From the NCBI GenBank assembly GCA_033442325.1, contig JAWQFM010000012.1, forward strand, positions 1,473,793 through 1,537,792: DNA of 64,000 bases, read 5' to 3'. The DNA is from Salpingoeca rosetta. Its lineage: Eukaryota > Protista > Choanoflagellata. Position numbers and translations under genes: made by a program. Below, piece after piece: positions 61,378-64,000 of the stretch. The notes beneath the pieces were generated by a model. The model saw only the letters and a program-made list of their open reading frames with translations. It did no database searches and was not told the origin of the DNA. Positions within the stretch are counted from its first letter, which is position 1. The number at the start of each line of letters is the position of its first letter.

Positions 61378-64000
61378 TGAGTCTGTGTCTGTGTATTCAT
61401 GCGTGTTTGTGTCGGTCTGCCTGCCTGTGTGTCTGTGTGTCTGTGTCTGTGTGTCTGTGCATGCGTGCGTGTGCGTTCGTCCCTTGTGCGTGTGTGGTTC
61501 GTTCGTCCCTTGCATGTGTGTGCAACCCTGTTCAAGCAGGGATCCCTGTGCCCAGGTCTGCAGCGATCCATCGCTTCCTCACTCCAAGCCCCCTTCTCTT
61601 CCACCAACAAACCCTCTCACACATGCATACACAAACAACTGTACAGCTGCAGCAGCGAGGTCAGCTGCTGCAGCGACTCGACGAGGCTATGCAGCTGCGA
61701 AAGACTCACGAGGTGTGCACAATCATGTGGGCCATAACACTCACCCACCTGCGCCTTGCTGACTCTCATCTCCCCTTCATCGTCTTGCGCCTGCTTTCAC
61801 AAATTTGTCTCCTCTCGCTCGCCCAGCACACACATTGACATAAACACACACTCACACACACAAAACGCATGCTGGATCGATTACAGGCGTATGGAGGAAG
61901 GGGCAAGGTTCGCCAGCAGACAAGCCAGCGTGCCAATGGCTCTCAGCGCAGCGGTAGCCATCACCATCGCCATCATGCAAGAGATGACGACAATGGCGAC
62001 ACCGCGTCCGACATGGACAGCCGTGACACCTCGCTGCAGAGCAGTCGCCGGTCCAGCAGGTCCTCGCTCAGCTCGGCCATGAGCGACCTGGACGAGTCGT
62101 TCCGCGGATCCACACGCAACCACAGCAGCAGCCGCCACCGCCACCGCCCCCACTCGGGCCCTGCGCGCACAGCAACCCGCGGGACCCGGGGCTCCATCAG
62201 CAGCCGCAACGTCACCCGCTCGCCATATGCGGTCCCGCCCATGCGTGTGCACGTGGCGTCGCCGGGTCACTGGGCACGCCCGCGGTCTGGCCGCTCAAAC
62301 CACAGCGCTGCATCTTCGCGCGCAACATCTGCAGAGCCGCCACGCCACCGCCACCCCCGCAGACACGTGCGCAGGGACCGGCCCCTGAGTGGCGCCAGCG
62401 TCAACTCAAGCTTCTCCTCCGTCGCCAGCAGCACCACCAGCAGCGTCCGCAGCACGCAGCCGCGCGTGTACCAGAAGCGTGCGCACACGTGTCGCTTTAT
62501 CGCGTACCGGAACGGCGATCCTCAGGTGGCACATCGTGTTGTTGGCGCCAGCATGGCTGAGCTGTTGGACGCGTGCACGCGCAAGCTGGGGCTTCCCTTT
62601 GCTGCCCGGCGCCTGTTTGACGAGCACGGGCGGGAGATGGTCACCACGGAGGAGTGCAGCATGCTCCCTGGTGATGCCATCGTGTATGTGAGCTGCGGCG
62701 AGCCGTTTGTCGATCCGGTCGCCGCGCAACAGGCAACACGCCGCCGCTTCACCTCCACAGCTGCTGCCAACCGAACCATCGCCTTCACCCCAAGTCAGTG
62801 TCGGTGACTGTGCGCGTGTGTTGGTATGTGTGTGTGTGTGTGTGCATGTGCGTATGTGCGCGCGCGTGTGTGCTGCATGTACATGTGCGTGTGGTGTGTG
62901 TGTGTGTGTGTGTGCGTGCGTGCGTGCGCGTATGTGAGTGTGTGCGTGTGCGTGTATGTGTGTGCTGCGTGTGCGCAGCTGGTGTTTGCTGTTCTAGTCT
63001 CCAATATCGACTGCTTACAGCTGGCCGTGCATGCCATGCTCACGTCACCCCATGCCAACAGACATCACCAAGGCACTGACGACCCTGCGTGGCAGCAGCA
63101 CCACCCCGGTCTCCAGCCTTGCTGGCTCTTTCCGTGCCCGCGCCCCAGATATCACAGCATCCGCACGCACACGCGTCGTCCTTTTCGAGGTAACCATGGA
63201 TGCGTGTTTGTGTGTGCGTGAACATGTGTGACTGTGTGTGACTGTGTGTGTGTGTGTTGCGGGAAGGCGGTGGGGTATATACGTATGTGTATGCATGTTG
63301 CTGCTTCTTGTCTCAATTGCTCGCCGCTGAATGTGCGCGTCCAAAACAATGCGATTGCTGTTTGATCGCCCGAGTAACACACGCCCCTCCCTGCATGCAC
63401 TGGTTCATTGCTCGCTGTAATAGAACGGGGATGGACTACACCACCACACGATTCCGCTCAGAGACCACGACACATTCGTCCGGGACTGCTCAAGACAGTG
63501 CGTTGGGATGCTATTGCTTTCGATTGCGTGCTGGTGTCGTGTGCGTGACTGAAGGACACAGCAATGATCATACACACACACACACATACAAGTGCTTGCC
63601 GGGACGCAACCACACATTCACACGTGCATTCACCTGTGTGTATCCGTGCACGCACGTGTGTGTTTGTGTGTTTGTGTGTGTGTGTGTGTGTACACGCACC
63701 CGTGTACTTGCGCGTGTGTGCGTGTGTATGTGTGTATGTGTGTGTGTGTGTGTGTTTCGTTCCTCTACCCTCCCCCCCCCCCCCCACTGTCAGGTTTGTG
63801 CTTACGTCTCAAGTTGAGCGGTTCTTTGATCTGGACGGCAACGAGACGCGCGATCTTGCGGCTGCGGAGGACTGCGGACCGGAACTCCACCTCATCTTTG
63901 GCAGGATTCGCGGGCCTTACTGGATCGCCACAAAGACAGACGTGTGTGGACGTGCATGTGTGATTTTGTGTTGTGGACGTGTACATGTATGTGTTCGTGT
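61142..64000 (+). CDS. Doublecortin-domain protein, DCDC1/DCDC5-like (runs off window)
   Basis: DCX domain FIAYRNGD..GASMAELLDACTRKLGLPFAARRLFDEHG..VYVSCGEPFVDP. A likely second DCX begins RVVLFE|NGMD. Confidence 0.8.

Overview
Intron-rich, GC-rich-coding eukaryotic DNA with (CA)n/(TG)n microsatellites in most introns and four assembly gaps. The style and gene content fit a choanoflagellate such as Salpingoeca rosetta (inference). Hand-spliced genes, in order: the 3' end of a Q/M-rich protein; an SH2 protein; a CCDC112-like gene interrupted by a compositionally foreign ~614-bp block; a cluster of three intronless paralogous 2-TM proteins of unknown family; a ~22-kb MYCBP2/Highwire/RPM-1 RING-Cys-Relay E3 ligase; an FMNL-type formin; a secreted GH105/GH88 hydrolase; a coiled-coil protein and a His/Pro-rich protein (both gap-broken); a secreted Cys-rich/mucin/furin-repeat protein; a ~12-TM six-repeat membrane protein fused to a degenerate alpha-kinase; and the 5' part of a DCDC1-like doublecortin protein. 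The strongest leads are the foreign block in CCDC112, the repeat-TM pseudo-alpha-kinase and the 2-TM paralog cluster. Most ORFs in the supplied track are microsatellite or antisense artefacts. Family assignments come from recalled motifs, not database searches, and exon boundaries are approximate.
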